Counted from the first letter of the stretch, positions 26,801-35,105 are shown. The stretch is DNA of 64,000 nt from Saprospiraceae bacterium (GCA_021739645.1 JAIPBL010000005.1:71378-135377), one strand, 5' to 3'. Notes: generated from the sequence alone by a model not told the origin. Translations and numbers: made by a program.

Positions 26801-27024
26801 TAGTTAAGCCCATTTTCAGTAAAAATACCGATGTTGGCGTAGGGGAGCTCAAAAGTTTCATTGTTGAGGCTTCCGCAATCCCGGTACAAGTCGAGGGTGA
26901 TGAGGAAGCTGTCGTTACCTACATATTTATAGCTCAACTCACCGCCAATGATATGAGTAGCGTGGAGCGGCAAGGCAAACAAAATGCCCAAAACCGCCAA
27001 GGCTGTGTGAAGTAAATTGCGCAT
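20836..27024 (-). CDS. giant adhesin-like protein with PKD/Ig-like domains and T9SS type B C-terminal sorting domain (gliding motility-associated CTD)
   Basis: Signal peptide, then THIIGGELSYKY...YRDC N-terminal domain. PKD signatures are present (FWDFGD...YPAYGDYTVTL, WDFGD...YPGIGTYTVRL). The C-terminus LPNAFTPNNDGENDVLIF...AIYNRWGQRVF....WDGTFKGEKLSPDVYGFYLHA...KKGNITLLR is the type B CTD pattern. Confidence 0.92.
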   Translation of the reverse strand: MRNLLHTALAVLGILFALPLHATHIIGGELSYKYVGNDSFLITLDLYRDCGSLNNETFELPYANIGIFTENGLNYTGVSTTEMKLFPVGVFDTIPNNIAGDPCLFVPPSVCVQHARYQRKFRLVGSQGIYITYQRCCRNSALDNIVNPLETGASYWIYLSPNAKNLHNSSPQFGFYPPVFVCVNYPIVHPHQATDIDGDSLVYKFYTPFTGAYYDYPIPTPDQPPYGSPYEIDEIQPPPYDTVVWNDPPYNLGQLLGPSSDPLSIDPITGLITGYPSIQGRFVVGVLVEEYRNGQLLSVVRRDFQYEVGICAELDVQIVAPDAQCDDLTVHFGNNTNVAQNFIWYFDWPNLTPSSTAKEPNFTYPDTGTFIVALIAEPVGQCVDTAFHEIYLQYNSLTPDFEWETYDCSSQSVLVLHDLSTDYVSPVLGWNWTVTYDSTTLTSNLQNPVFQIPNPSSGTISLTANSVNGCEQTKMVNFTSGGNNPEDLLSDTVQICLGETTHLNPAGDMPGFTFQWAPPVPAAQQYLANPAVAPAQSTNYVVTITGYSGLCQTIADVFVEVFTPVQLAFVTDADCDGRVIHFINQSQFAPFGFFWDFGDLATASDTSSQANPTWTYPAYGDYTVTLMTAPNAACKDTIQQTISSTLKTLEPGFSYQYNGCNEDAVSIKFFDQTFNSEDDTQGWHWTFTGVATGTSTQMNPTVTVQQEGWLYVTLQVTTGENCVATTALDSLWIDLTELPYLEDGSEVIGCFNGGVCLNVGGDSTYIYHWSPAIPGCDDCPSPCANPSQTTIYTVEVVNPNGADTCTIVRQITVIVPPDVHLIGSADVQTCNTTATLTASAGMLPVTYAWFDENGMQVAGDVTSITVTVSGYDYYVVRATDPLGCHWYDTIQVVGGPVNIEAVGDQIKCSDEPLNIYATNLDLNDTLVWNWTPVDIFSGPTDVPNPTVLIVPGTRWLYVEATNQFGCSAMDSVYMAVVDTANVLDFEYLVECNGSTVQFINTSANAFNYSWDFGDLTMTDDTSHLDNPIYTYPGIGTYTVRLTMDFDLACVDTLVKDITFVSTQFIPDFTYEYLACDVDSVEVQFHDATTILQTGITIDSFFWVTSNGETSSLPAPVFTVYAGETFEVTMNIFTNNGCDGSETKDLKLDFIEINFSDSLVLCQGDSTALNPFGNTTYEYHWTPNIAISNPDVANPTVWPTQTTVYSVEITNFSPDTCSVTRTVTVFVPEKVNVAVPPDTLTCGTPVTLCAAANLQNLDYDWMALPGGFIGSGACLTVLPSADTNYEVTATDQYGCFDKDTIFVANESVKINWQQAGTECPETAVQLTVNNLVSDHNLSYVWSATPPGQVLPPAMGPMVTVVTPPAALAANYSVTVTNQYGCTKSLTQAISSYNFVPTVVENVDVCPGVGEALNPGANPNLDYVWSSGTGLSCTNCPNPTVTVSQSTIYTVTISDNFGLDQCQEVIQVNVTAAPIIQITETVDTFTCGEPIVISAQTNVVMPILTWKDEAGNPLGTQPSLTVDPDSSATYTICVTDAFGCSATDEVVVANYQLDILLDGNGVIDTCPMPNYNICVTNLDINDILTFNWTASSGGTILSGGDTACPSVTSQQGVTSNFQVLVTNQWGCSETRDFDVTTYVFDPMARDIVDICPDVPTPINPEAAASTLSYAWLPMVGLDCYDCPNPVATLDANQIYTVTILGFNGADTCSFSQTVQVRVMPKHNLTTSPVDTMLCDSIDLTLSAFYTSNVISGLAWSQSLDFSNPLATTASVTVTPHETEYYYVQTTDTLGCHDTAQVVIYAYPVDISVDDYFNFCEEIGNLTIPVINHHPEQTLTFEWSPSDYVDMQNSDGSIVVTGLVFDETFTVVATNQYGCTEEETTDISYYNIEPTLGQITSSDSSIYYNSGEFSQLNIDDLPGYTYQWTPEAGLDDPTIPNPIAEPDTTTTYTVLVTDEGDCQAFREVTIVVLNPDCDEPNLFLPNAFTPNNDGENDVLIFRSNIVEVMELAIYNRWGQRVFYSEDQSIGWDGTFKGEKLSPDVYGFYLHAKCYNGQDYFKKGNITLLR

Positions 27025-27046
27025 ATTTCGTAATGGTTTATTTTTT

Positions 27047-27150
27047 AGCGGGTGATCGGGTGAGAAAAGTGAGCGAACGAGGTGAAAAACTTGCTACTCT
27101 CACGCTCCCATTTCTCTCACACGATCACTCGCTCACCTCGCTCACCCGCT
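27047..27150. repeat. imperfect low-complexity palindrome (GTGAGCG-type words versus CTCAC words) between the PorE-like gene and the adhesin gene
   Basis: The left half AGCGGGTGATCGGGTGAGAAAAGTGAGCGAACGAGGTGA faces ...TCTCACGCTCC...CTCTCACACGATCACTCGCTCACCTCGCTCACCCGCT. The outer 9 nt (AGCGGGTGA / TCACCCGCT) are perfect complements. The right end overlaps the stop codon at 27149-27151. Confidence 0.7.
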
Positions 27151-29584
27151 AATTTTCTGCAACCCTCCGAGCACCGATGATGGCCACTTTTCTTTCAAAC
27201 GAAGCTACCACGGAATAGATGCTGCCCCGCTCATCGTCGAGCTTGTCGCTGATGAACTGGGGAGCTAACTTTTCCCCGTAGCCAACTACCTGCATGGTCA
27301 ACATACCGTTATCCACGTATGGCCTCAAGGCACCTTCGTTCCAGGTCTCGAAATGGTTTTTCAAGCAGTCAGAGCGGCGCTGCGACAAGTCAAAGTTATA
27401 ATCCTCGCTGGCCCTGGGGCTGGTGAAGCCTTGAATAATCAGCTCCACCTTGAAGCCGCCGTCATCCATAATATCGAGGATGTTTTGACTGAAAACTTCA
27501 AGGCTTAGGTAGCCGTTGTTCACCTCCCTTTCAAAGAAGGCATCCATCCGACGAGTAGAAGTGATGCTGTCAAACCCCTCTAAAGCAGTGACATATTCGC
27601 TGACGAACTTGTCTTTCCTCTCCATGTATTTATCCCAAGTTTGCTTGTAACTGGTTTCAGTGATCCTTTTACGGGTACGAGGGTTCGGCTCGTCGTTGTC
27701 GAAGTAGATGACCAATGGTGGAAAGTCCTCGATTTCCTTCGGTTTCAGGTAGAGTTTTTCAAAAATATCAATGGTCGTGACATCCGTTTTCAGGTTAATT
27801 CTGGCAGTGTCAGAAAAGTAGGCCACTTTGGAGCCTATCAGCTGGTAGTCATGGCCACGTTCCAGCTCAAATTCCACCTCGTTGCCTTTTTCGTTCTTCT
27901 TGAAATCCACCTCTTGGCCATCCACCACGAGGCGCACTTCCACTCCTTTGAGCGGGTTGCCGTTCTTTTTATTGAATGAGGTTACGTGCAGGTCCACCTT
28001 CTCTGGCACGAGAAAGAGCTTTCGTTCGATGGTGCGTTCGTTGGTGTTGGTGGGCAAGGTCATGTCCACTTCCTCCCGAATGGGCAAGAAGCTGGGCCGG
28101 GTGGCCAACACGACGTACTTAGTTCCTTTCTTCAACGGGAAAATAAAATCGTTGCTGGTTGGGTTGGTCACCGTAGCCAATGGGATTTCTCCCTCTTTCC
28201 CCAATTCAAAAAGTTTAATTGTCACACCTTCCAGCGGCTCGCTGTTTTTCTTGTTGAAAGTTTGAATATCGAGGTCAACAATCTGAATGGCGAAAGAATA
28301 AAGGTCGTTGCAGCAAGCCTCAAACTCCGGCTCCAGCACCAAACTTCCCAACCTGCTTGACGAGAAATAGCCCTTAGTTCGGGTATCGTTCAGCCAAAAA
28401 TGTGTGTCGTTGTAACTGCTGTTATAGGGTGCTGGCATGTGTTCGAAATCGTGCCACACACCTTCGCTCATGCTGGCTTCGTACATGTCGAATCCTCCGA
28501 AACCCTGCCTGCCGTCACTTGCGAAGTACATCGTCTTGCTTTGGAAATGGTAAAAAGGAGTGACGTCGTTACCGGGAGAATTGAGCAAGGTTTCATTCAC
28601 GGGGGTTGAGAAGGAAGTATCTCCTTCCACCTTTACTGACCAGATGTCCAACTTCCCTAGCCCGCCTGGCCTATCAGACACAAAAAACAACCAGTCTTTG
28701 CCAGTCGCCTCATCATAACTAACCATTGGGTCGGTAGCTGTGTAGCCGGGTTTATTGATGCTGGCAGGCAATTTTACAGGGGCGTCAAAGCTGTCCGCAA
28801 AAATAACTCGACGGGACCAAATTTCACAGCGCACCTCGGTTTTTTCCCCCACATAATCACAGAGGCAGTAGTAAATTTTTTGGTAATCTTGGGTAAAATC
28901 GGCGTGTGCCGTGTGTCGTTTCTTATCATTGATTGAAAGTTTTACACCCTTCCCTTTGGCATCTTTTGCTTTCATCCCGATGACATATTGGCGTGGCGCC
29001 TCGCCTTTCTTAAACTCCCGCTGCTCACTGAGAGAAGAATAATAGAGGTCAGTTCCTTTCAATTGCGGCGCAAACTCAGACCAAGGTGTATTGATGTCAT
29101 TGCCCAGCCGTTCTACCGTCACATTTTCGTCGGCATGCTTTATCGCTTCGATGGCCCAATTTAGCTGTTCGATTTCTTGCTTCGCAACGGCCGTGTTTTC
29201 AGGGTACGCAGCCCCATGCTCATCAACAAACTGCTGAAAAAATGATTGGGATTGCTCGTACTTGCCCTGTTTTTTCATCACCGTTGCCAGCCAAAATTTG
29301 GAAAGTGGGTAATTGGGCGCCTTCTCACTGGCGAGAACCTTGGTATAGGCTGTGTCAGCAAAAGTATATGACTCAAAAAGCCGAGCGGCTTCAGCATATT
29401 TGAAAAGCACCTCCGGCTGCTCACCCTCAATGAGCATGGCTTCCTGATAATGCTTCATGGCTGCGTAGTAGTTCAAGTTTTTGAACTCCTCATCAGCTGC
29501 TTTCAAGTATTGTTTGAAAGTTTGGCCATACGCCAAATTAGCTCCGAATGCAATGAGCAAGAATAAGGGGAAAATCCGCTTCAT
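27149..29584 (-). CDS. PorE-like protein: TPR + TolB-like beta-propeller + two CarboxypepD_reg-like domains + OmpA_C-like domain
   Basis: Signal MKRIFPLFLLIAFGANLAYGQ (ATG at 29584). TPR-like helices (YYAAMKHYQEAMLIEG, KQGKYEQSQSFFQQF). Propeller blades (DWLFFVSDRPGGLGKLDIWSV, TMYFASDGRQGFGGFDMYEA). CRD-like segments (DIQTFNKKNSEPLEGVTIKLFELG, HVTSFNKKNGNPLKGVEVRLVVDG). OmpA-like end (IIQGFTSPRASEDYNFDLSQRRSDCLKNHF...VVGYGEKLAP). Confidence 0.75.
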   Translation of the reverse strand: MKRIFPLFLLIAFGANLAYGQTFKQYLKAADEEFKNLNYYAAMKHYQEAMLIEGEQPEVLFKYAEAARLFESYTFADTAYTKVLASEKAPNYPLSKFWLATVMKKQGKYEQSQSFFQQFVDEHGAAYPENTAVAKQEIEQLNWAIEAIKHADENVTVERLGNDINTPWSEFAPQLKGTDLYYSSLSEQREFKKGEAPRQYVIGMKAKDAKGKGVKLSINDKKRHTAHADFTQDYQKIYYCLCDYVGEKTEVRCEIWSRRVIFADSFDAPVKLPASINKPGYTATDPMVSYDEATGKDWLFFVSDRPGGLGKLDIWSVKVEGDTSFSTPVNETLLNSPGNDVTPFYHFQSKTMYFASDGRQGFGGFDMYEASMSEGVWHDFEHMPAPYNSSYNDTHFWLNDTRTKGYFSSSRLGSLVLEPEFEACCNDLYSFAIQIVDLDIQTFNKKNSEPLEGVTIKLFELGKEGEIPLATVTNPTSNDFIFPLKKGTKYVVLATRPSFLPIREEVDMTLPTNTNERTIERKLFLVPEKVDLHVTSFNKKNGNPLKGVEVRLVVDGQEVDFKKNEKGNEVEFELERGHDYQLIGSKVAYFSDTARINLKTDVTTIDIFEKLYLKPKEIEDFPPLVIYFDNDEPNPRTRKRITETSYKQTWDKYMERKDKFVSEYVTALEGFDSITSTRRMDAFFEREVNNGYLSLEVFSQNILDIMDDGGFKVELIIQGFTSPRASEDYNFDLSQRRSDCLKNHFETWNEGALRPYVDNGMLTMQVVGYGEKLAPQFISDKLDDERGSIYSVVASFERKVAIIGARRVAEN

Positions 29585-29657
29585 TTGCCAATTAATTATT
29601 TTTGGATAAATGTTCATAGTCTTCTAAAAGTCAAGGGGTTAAAACAAAGGCGTAGGT

Positions 29658-30692
29658 TTAAATCAATGGACACGCCTTGAACAATTTAATGGGGTAAACC
29701 TTATGGAAAATGTACCGGATGGCGATTTCTGGGCCACCGTTGTGCCGAGTAGCCTCAGAAAATTGCGACACGTTCATGTCCCAACTCAAACCCACCATCA
29801 AATCTCGGTACTGCACTTCAACGGCTGGCATAAAAGCGTCGCCAATAGCATTGAAGCGATAACCAAAACTAAGCTGGAGGGCAACTTCCTTCGCACGTTG
29901 TGTACTGAGGTAATAGCGATAGCCAACATTCGCCAGTGCCTCAAAATACTGCCCTTGGTTCTGGGCAGTAAAAGCGCCGACAACATCGCCTTTCTCGTTC
30001 ACCTGCACTACCGGGATGGCATAGAAACTGGCTCTCATAAGTAGGCTGCTATTGTCTTTTTTGTAAAAACGCTGGTCTGGCTGGTTTACATGGAAAAGGC
30101 CCACACCGAAGTCCACTTTTGTGCGCTTTCTGGCCCATTGCCTTCGCAAGTTGACACCTGCACCAAGGTCAGGGTACCAAATATTCGTGTCGTCAAAACT
30201 TTCATTGGGCGAGCGGGTTGGGTCAAACACATCACCGTTCCACATATTGTCGAAAGTGAAATTGCCGAGGTCGAAGCCACGCTGCCCCACCCCAGCGGTC
30301 AAGCCAAGTGATAGAAAGCTGTACCTGTCTATCATCCGGGTATAAGAGCCAGTGAGCACCACATGGTTGTTGGAGAGCCTTCCATCGCCAGCTTGGTCAG
30401 AAAACAGGTCAATACCACCACTGAACCACCAACGGTCGTGGGTGATATCGTAGAATTTCTTTTCTGCCGAAACATTGAAAGTCTTGTAGGGAGAATTGGC
30501 CGTATTCCACTGGCTGCGGTAGAGGCTGGTAAGGCGGATGTCACCTTTGGAAATGCCCGTCAGTGCAGGGTTTAGCGTCAGTGGCGCATTGTAGAATTGG
30601 CTGAAGTGGATGTCCTGTGAAAATAGAGACATGCTCCCCAGCACTAGGACGGGAATAAGAAGTAGTAATTTTGTCTTCAAGGCAATGTTCAT
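29658..30692 (-). CDS. PorP/SprF family type IX secretion system membrane protein
   Basis: Signal peptide followed by the family signature QDIHFSQFYNAPLTLNPALTG. About 340 aa of beta-barrel-like sequence. Confidence 0.9.
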   Translation of the reverse strand: MNIALKTKLLLLIPVLVLGSMSLFSQDIHFSQFYNAPLTLNPALTGISKGDIRLTSLYRSQWNTANSPYKTFNVSAEKKFYDITHDRWWFSGGIDLFSDQAGDGRLSNNHVVLTGSYTRMIDRYSFLSLGLTAGVGQRGFDLGNFTFDNMWNGDVFDPTRSPNESFDDTNIWYPDLGAGVNLRRQWARKRTKVDFGVGLFHVNQPDQRFYKKDNSSLLMRASFYAIPVVQVNEKGDVVGAFTAQNQGQYFEALANVGYRYYLSTQRAKEVALQLSFGYRFNAIGDAFMPAVEVQYRDLMVGLSWDMNVSQFSEATRHNGGPEIAIRYIFHKVYPIKLFKACPLI

Positions 30693-30991
30693 TTTTACCC
30701 GTTGCAGAAAAAACCTGGCTCCAGGTTGTGTTACCAGAAACCCTGCTTCAGGGGGATATTGTTAAAAAATCGGTCTAGGTTCACGTGTTTCTTCGAGTAA
30801 ATGCTATCCTAAAATCATCTTCTCTTTCAATTGTAGTTTCGGCTATCGCATACAAAGCAAACGACTGGCAAAGATAATATTGCCAAGGAATGCCGTTCAA
30901 CGACATCTTAAAACTGGTGGATGCAAGGTGGCAGTTGCCCCTTGCAATTATTTCAACTTAAACTTAACAGGCTAGTTTGTATTTGCCGAAG

Positions 30992-33900
30992 TCAGTGAAG
31001 TACCAGTTTTCGCACACTTATTTGTGCGCCGGATATAATTTGTAATAAATAAATCCCCTTTGGATAGCCTAACAAATCCAGCTCTTGCCGGAAAGGGGTG
31101 TTGGTATGATTCTCAAGTGATTCTAACGCAAGATGGCCTTGGATGTTCAATACTTTGACAACAAAGTTAGTCGAAGTATTTGAAATTTCAAGTAAAAATT
31201 TTCCGTTGCTTGGGTTTGGGAACACTTGTACATACAAGGATTTGTCAAGAATTTTGTCGGTTGCACCCTCACATATCTGAACCGAAACGGTCAACGCATT
31301 TGACAAAACAGGATTCTCAGCTACGCAAGTTTCGGAGGAAGTCAGATAGCAAACGATCACATCCTGGTCCTCCAACAAATCGGTCGTAAAAACTGCTGTC
31401 CCATTTCCAACAGGTTGCCCATTCAAATTCCACTCGTAAACTGGTGAGCTACCGCCATTGCTGGTAGTTGCCGTGAAATCAACAGTTTGGCCAAGGCAAA
31501 TCGTCGAGTCAATGGACGGTGAAATGGCCACCGAAGCAATCACGTTCTCCTGTACATTTAGGGTCACCGTGTTGCTATTTACCAGGGATTCCACCACACA
31601 AGTTTCCGAAGAAGCCATGGTACACTGGACGGCGCTGCCATCAATGGGGGAATCGACGAGCAGGGTTGGCGCATTTGCACCAACCACTACACCGTTCAGC
31701 GTCCATAGATACGAGGGGGAATTGCCGCCGTTGCTGGGGGTAGCAACGAACAAAACTGGTTGGCCTTCGCAAACCGTCATTGCATCAGCGGCGATGGAAA
31801 GAGACGCTGTCAGTAGGGTTTCCACATGGATGGTCAAACTATTTGAAACCGCATTTGGGTTTTGCACACAAACCTCAGAGGAATTGACCTCGCAAGTGAA
31901 GGTATCTCCATCCTGCAATTGGTTTATGGTGAACGACTCCACACTTCCACCGAAAGCATTGCCGTTCAAAAACCACTGGAACAGTGGGGCGGATCCGCCG
32001 TGGGCCGGATTTGCTGTTATCGTAATGGTCTCGCCTTCGCAAATTTCTGTTTGCGAAGCAACAATTTCCAGTTCGACCAAAGCCGGGGCATTTACCGTCA
32101 ACACAGCCACTTGGCTCGTGGTGCTGCCTGCTCCGTTCGTCACCACACAGGTGTAATTGCCGTCGTCTGACGGCGAAGCTGCTGGAATGACCAGCACATT
32201 TTGCGAAGCACCCGAAATGGACATGCCGTTCTTATACCACTGAAAATCAAGGGGTGCCTGGCCGCTGGCGCTCAGGCTGAATGCCACGACCTCGCCCTCG
32301 CAGACTGACTGCGACAATGGGTTTTGAATGACAACAGGTGCGTTGCCTGCCATGGAGCCAAACTCGAAAACGCCCATGTCCACGGTCGCGTTGAAAATGC
32401 GGGGCAGGCTGTCGAGGTCAATGCCCACGCCAGTTTCAGTGATAGCGGAGTTGTCGCCTTTGTCAACAGCTGGAGAGCCATTCCCCAGGTGGAAGTTGGC
32501 ACTGGCCGGGCTTTCGAAGAGTGGATACTGGTTGAAAATCATGCCCCCGCCACAGTTTACCATGCCGCCGTTGCCATTGTAGAGGGAAGCACAGTCCGCC
32601 ACATCGGCCTGTGAATGGCTGATGGTTGGCGTTCCGTTTATTATCCTGAAAACATTGCCCTCATCGGCTGCCGTGTTTGCCCAGAGAATACAATTCCTGA
32701 CCGTTGGGCTGGCCACGCCCTGGTTCGTTTCGCCAGCATTGCAGTACAGCGCACCGCCGATATTGGCGTGGTTGCCGTAAAACGTGCAGTTGGTAATCAT
32801 CGCGTTGGCGTTGCCAAGTTCTGCGCCGAGGTTGTAAACCGCCCCGGCAGAGAGTGCCATGTTATTGTAAAAAAGGCAGTTCGTCAGTTCCGGGCTGGAG
32901 TTTCCGGGCACTTGCGAAGCGAGGTTTCCTTTCCCAAAATTGTACATCGCTCCGCCGTAGGTATCGGCGTGGTTGCCGAGGAATCGGCAGTTGCGAATGA
33001 CCGGGCTGCTGACACCCTCGTTGCCGTTGTTGAACATTGCCCCCCCTGCAAATCCTGAGTGGTTATTTTCAAATAAGCAGCTCAAAATCGTGGGGCTGCA
33101 AGTGCCTTGGTACCCAGAATTGTAGATGGCCGCCCCGTCGTTGTGGGAATGGTTTTCGGTGAAATGGCAATTGTAAAACGCCGGGGTTGAGTATCCGGCC
33201 GTGGTGCCATCACTGAATACAGCTCCGCCGAGTTGCGCTACATTTTTATCAAAAATGCAGTCGGATAAAATGGGGCTGGAGTTTCCGTTTTTGCCAAAAT
33301 TCACCATCCCACCGCCTTCGTTGAAAGCCGTATCTCGCTGGAAAAGGCAGTTGGTCAAGATTGGGCTACTGGTGCCTAGCTGGCCCATGTTAAACATGCC
33401 GCCGCCATCGGACAGCTCCGATTTGTTGGCGATGAACTGGCAGTTTGTCAGGACGGGATTGCTGTTTCCACTGAAACTGCCTGTGTTGTAAAGTCCGCCC
33501 CCGCCATCTCGTGCCACGTTGGCAATGAACTGGACATTCGTCAACGAAGGGTTGCAAGCGCCGCTAAAACTTCCGTCGTTGAACATGCCACCGCCGTAGC
33601 CCCAGGCATAGTTCCCCGTGAAAATACAATTGCGGACATTGGGATGCGAATTTGCGCCCGGTGTCGAGCCTAGGTTGAACCAACCCGCACCACTGGTTTG
33701 CGGTGTACCAAGGCCGGCACCGCCTTGGTCGGCATTGCCTCCCGTGATGGTAAAGCCATCAACGACCGTTAGATTACTGACGTTTTGGGTGAAAACAACC
33801 GTGAAAGAATTGTCAGCCAACGTACCATCCTGATTGATGTCGCCGCTGAGGATGGTGGGGTGCGCAGCGATGTTGCGTTGGGCAATACTTGTCTCAGTGC

Positions 33901-34186
33901 CAGCAAATCCGCCGTAGAGCTTGACGCCATTTTTTATCTGGAAATACTGGTTTCGGTCGTTGAAATTACAGGCGGTGCAGGTGACAGGGCGGTAGATGCC
34001 TTCTTTCACCCAGATTTGGGTGCCTGCTGTAGCATTGTCGAGTACGGCTTTGAGATTGCCAGCTGCATCGGCCCAAGAGCTGCCCGAGCCAGTCCCGTTC
34101 TGGATGACGAAGACAGTTTGCGCTTGTATTTGCGGAGCAAAAAACAATGCAAAAAGCAGGAAAAAGTTGGGTATGATTTTTTTCAT
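30992..34186 (-). CDS. large T9SS type A cargo: parallel beta-helix with Pmp-like GGx(M/L)(F/Y)N repeats, I-set-like Ig domain, four Cys-containing Ig-like repeats, CTD
   Basis: Signal MKKIIPNFFLLFALFFAPQIQAQ. At least 8 repeats with GGGMFN/GGGLYN/GGAMFN/GGAMYN/GGALYC. QWYKNG...DDGNYTCVVTNGAGSTTS. Repeats of the type C.G....F.A....GGS.P.Y.W.LNG. The C-terminus VFPNPSNGKFLLEI...GIYLLQIISGAQISVRKLVLH is a type A CTD. Confidence 0.88.
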   Translation of the reverse strand: MKKIIPNFFLLFALFFAPQIQAQTVFVIQNGTGSGSSWADAAGNLKAVLDNATAGTQIWVKEGIYRPVTCTACNFNDRNQYFQIKNGVKLYGGFAGTETSIAQRNIAAHPTILSGDINQDGTLADNSFTVVFTQNVSNLTVVDGFTITGGNADQGGAGLGTPQTSGAGWFNLGSTPGANSHPNVRNCIFTGNYAWGYGGGMFNDGSFSGACNPSLTNVQFIANVARDGGGGLYNTGSFSGNSNPVLTNCQFIANKSELSDGGGMFNMGQLGTSSPILTNCLFQRDTAFNEGGGMVNFGKNGNSSPILSDCIFDKNVAQLGGAVFSDGTTAGYSTPAFYNCHFTENHSHNDGAAIYNSGYQGTCSPTILSCLFENNHSGFAGGAMFNNGNEGVSSPVIRNCRFLGNHADTYGGAMYNFGKGNLASQVPGNSSPELTNCLFYNNMALSAGAVYNLGAELGNANAMITNCTFYGNHANIGGALYCNAGETNQGVASPTVRNCILWANTAADEGNVFRIINGTPTISHSQADVADCASLYNGNGGMVNCGGGMIFNQYPLFESPASANFHLGNGSPAVDKGDNSAITETGVGIDLDSLPRIFNATVDMGVFEFGSMAGNAPVVIQNPLSQSVCEGEVVAFSLSASGQAPLDFQWYKNGMSISGASQNVLVIPAASPSDDGNYTCVVTNGAGSTTSQVAVLTVNAPALVELEIVASQTEICEGETITITANPAHGGSAPLFQWFLNGNAFGGSVESFTINQLQDGDTFTCEVNSSEVCVQNPNAVSNSLTIHVETLLTASLSIAADAMTVCEGQPVLFVATPSNGGNSPSYLWTLNGVVVGANAPTLLVDSPIDGSAVQCTMASSETCVVESLVNSNTVTLNVQENVIASVAISPSIDSTICLGQTVDFTATTSNGGSSPVYEWNLNGQPVGNGTAVFTTDLLEDQDVIVCYLTSSETCVAENPVLSNALTVSVQICEGATDKILDKSLYVQVFPNPSNGKFLLEISNTSTNFVVKVLNIQGHLALESLENHTNTPFRQELDLLGYPKGIYLLQIISGAQISVRKLVLH

Positions 34187-34291
34187 GGGTGTTTTTTGAG
34201 ACGCTAGATTTTAGACAATAGCCTGAAGGCTCTTAAACTGAAAACCTTGTGGGTTACCAAGCTAAAGTCTATTTGTCTAAAGTCTAAAGTC

Positions 34292-34299
34292 TATCTTTG
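34292..34299 (+). promoter_or_regulatory. candidate -7 promoter box TATCTTTG for the GT2 gene
   Basis: TAnnTTTG match 33 nt upstream of the ATG at 34332. It is preceded by (TCTAAAG) heptamer repeats at 34273-34292. Confidence 0.4.
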
Positions 34300-34331
34300 C
34301 GAGCATTTTTTAGCAAACGAAAACACTGCAA

Positions 34332-35105
34332 ATGTACAAAGGAAAAAAGGTCATCGTGGTGCTGCCAGCTTACAATGCGGCGCTGACGCTCGAAAAAACT
34401 TATGCCGAAATCCCCTTCCCGCTCGTTGACGAGGTCATCCTCTGCGACGATGCCAGCCGTGACAACACCGTGGCTTTGGCCAAAAAACTGGGCATCAACC
34501 ACGTGATTGAACACCAAAAAAACAAGGGCTACGGCGGCAATCAGAAATCGCTTTACCGCAAGGCTTTGTCCCTCGGCGGTGACATCGTCATCATGCTCCA
34601 CCCCGACTACCAGTACACGCCGCTGCTGATTCCCTCATTCGTGAACATCATCGGCGAGGGGCTTTACCCCGTCGTTTTGGGCAGCCGCATCCTCGGCAAG
34701 GGGGCGCTTCGGGGCGGAATGCCGCTGTACAAATACATCTTCAATCGGTTTTTGACGCTTTCGCAAAACCTGCTCATCAGTTACAAGCTATCTGAATACC
34801 ACACGGGCTATCGGGCTTTCAGTCGGGAGGTGCTGCTCGGCATCAACTTCGAGGCGAATTCAGACGATTTTGTTTTTGACAATGAAATGCTGTCGCAAAT
34901 CGTCTTCGCTGGTTTCGACATTGCCGAAGTCACTTGCCCCACGAAGTATTTCGAGGAGGCTTCATCCATTAATTTCAAGCGGAGTGCGAAGTACGGGATG
35001 GGGGTATTGCGAGTGTCTATCTGCCATTTTTTCCAGCGGCTCGGGCTGGCGAAATTCCAGCTATACCAAAGGCCGGAGGGGGGAATTAGGGAATTAGGGA
35101 ATTAG
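34332..35105 (+). CDS. glycosyltransferase family 2
   Basis: KVIVVLPAYNAALTLEKTY...VILCDDASRDNT...GYGGNQK...DIVIMLHPDYQY, the GT-A DxD-type pattern. Confidence 0.85.
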   Translation: MYKGKKVIVVLPAYNAALTLEKTYAEIPFPLVDEVILCDDASRDNTVALAKKLGINHVIEHQKNKGYGGNQKSLYRKALSLGGDIVIMLHPDYQYTPLLIPSFVNIIGEGLYPVVLGSRILGKGALRGGMPLYKYIFNRFLTLSQNLLISYKLSEYHTGYRAFSREVLLGINFEANSDDFVFDNEMLSQIVFAGFDIAEVTCPTKYFEEASSINFKRSAKYGMGVLRVSICHFFQRLGLAKFQLYQRPEGGIRELGN

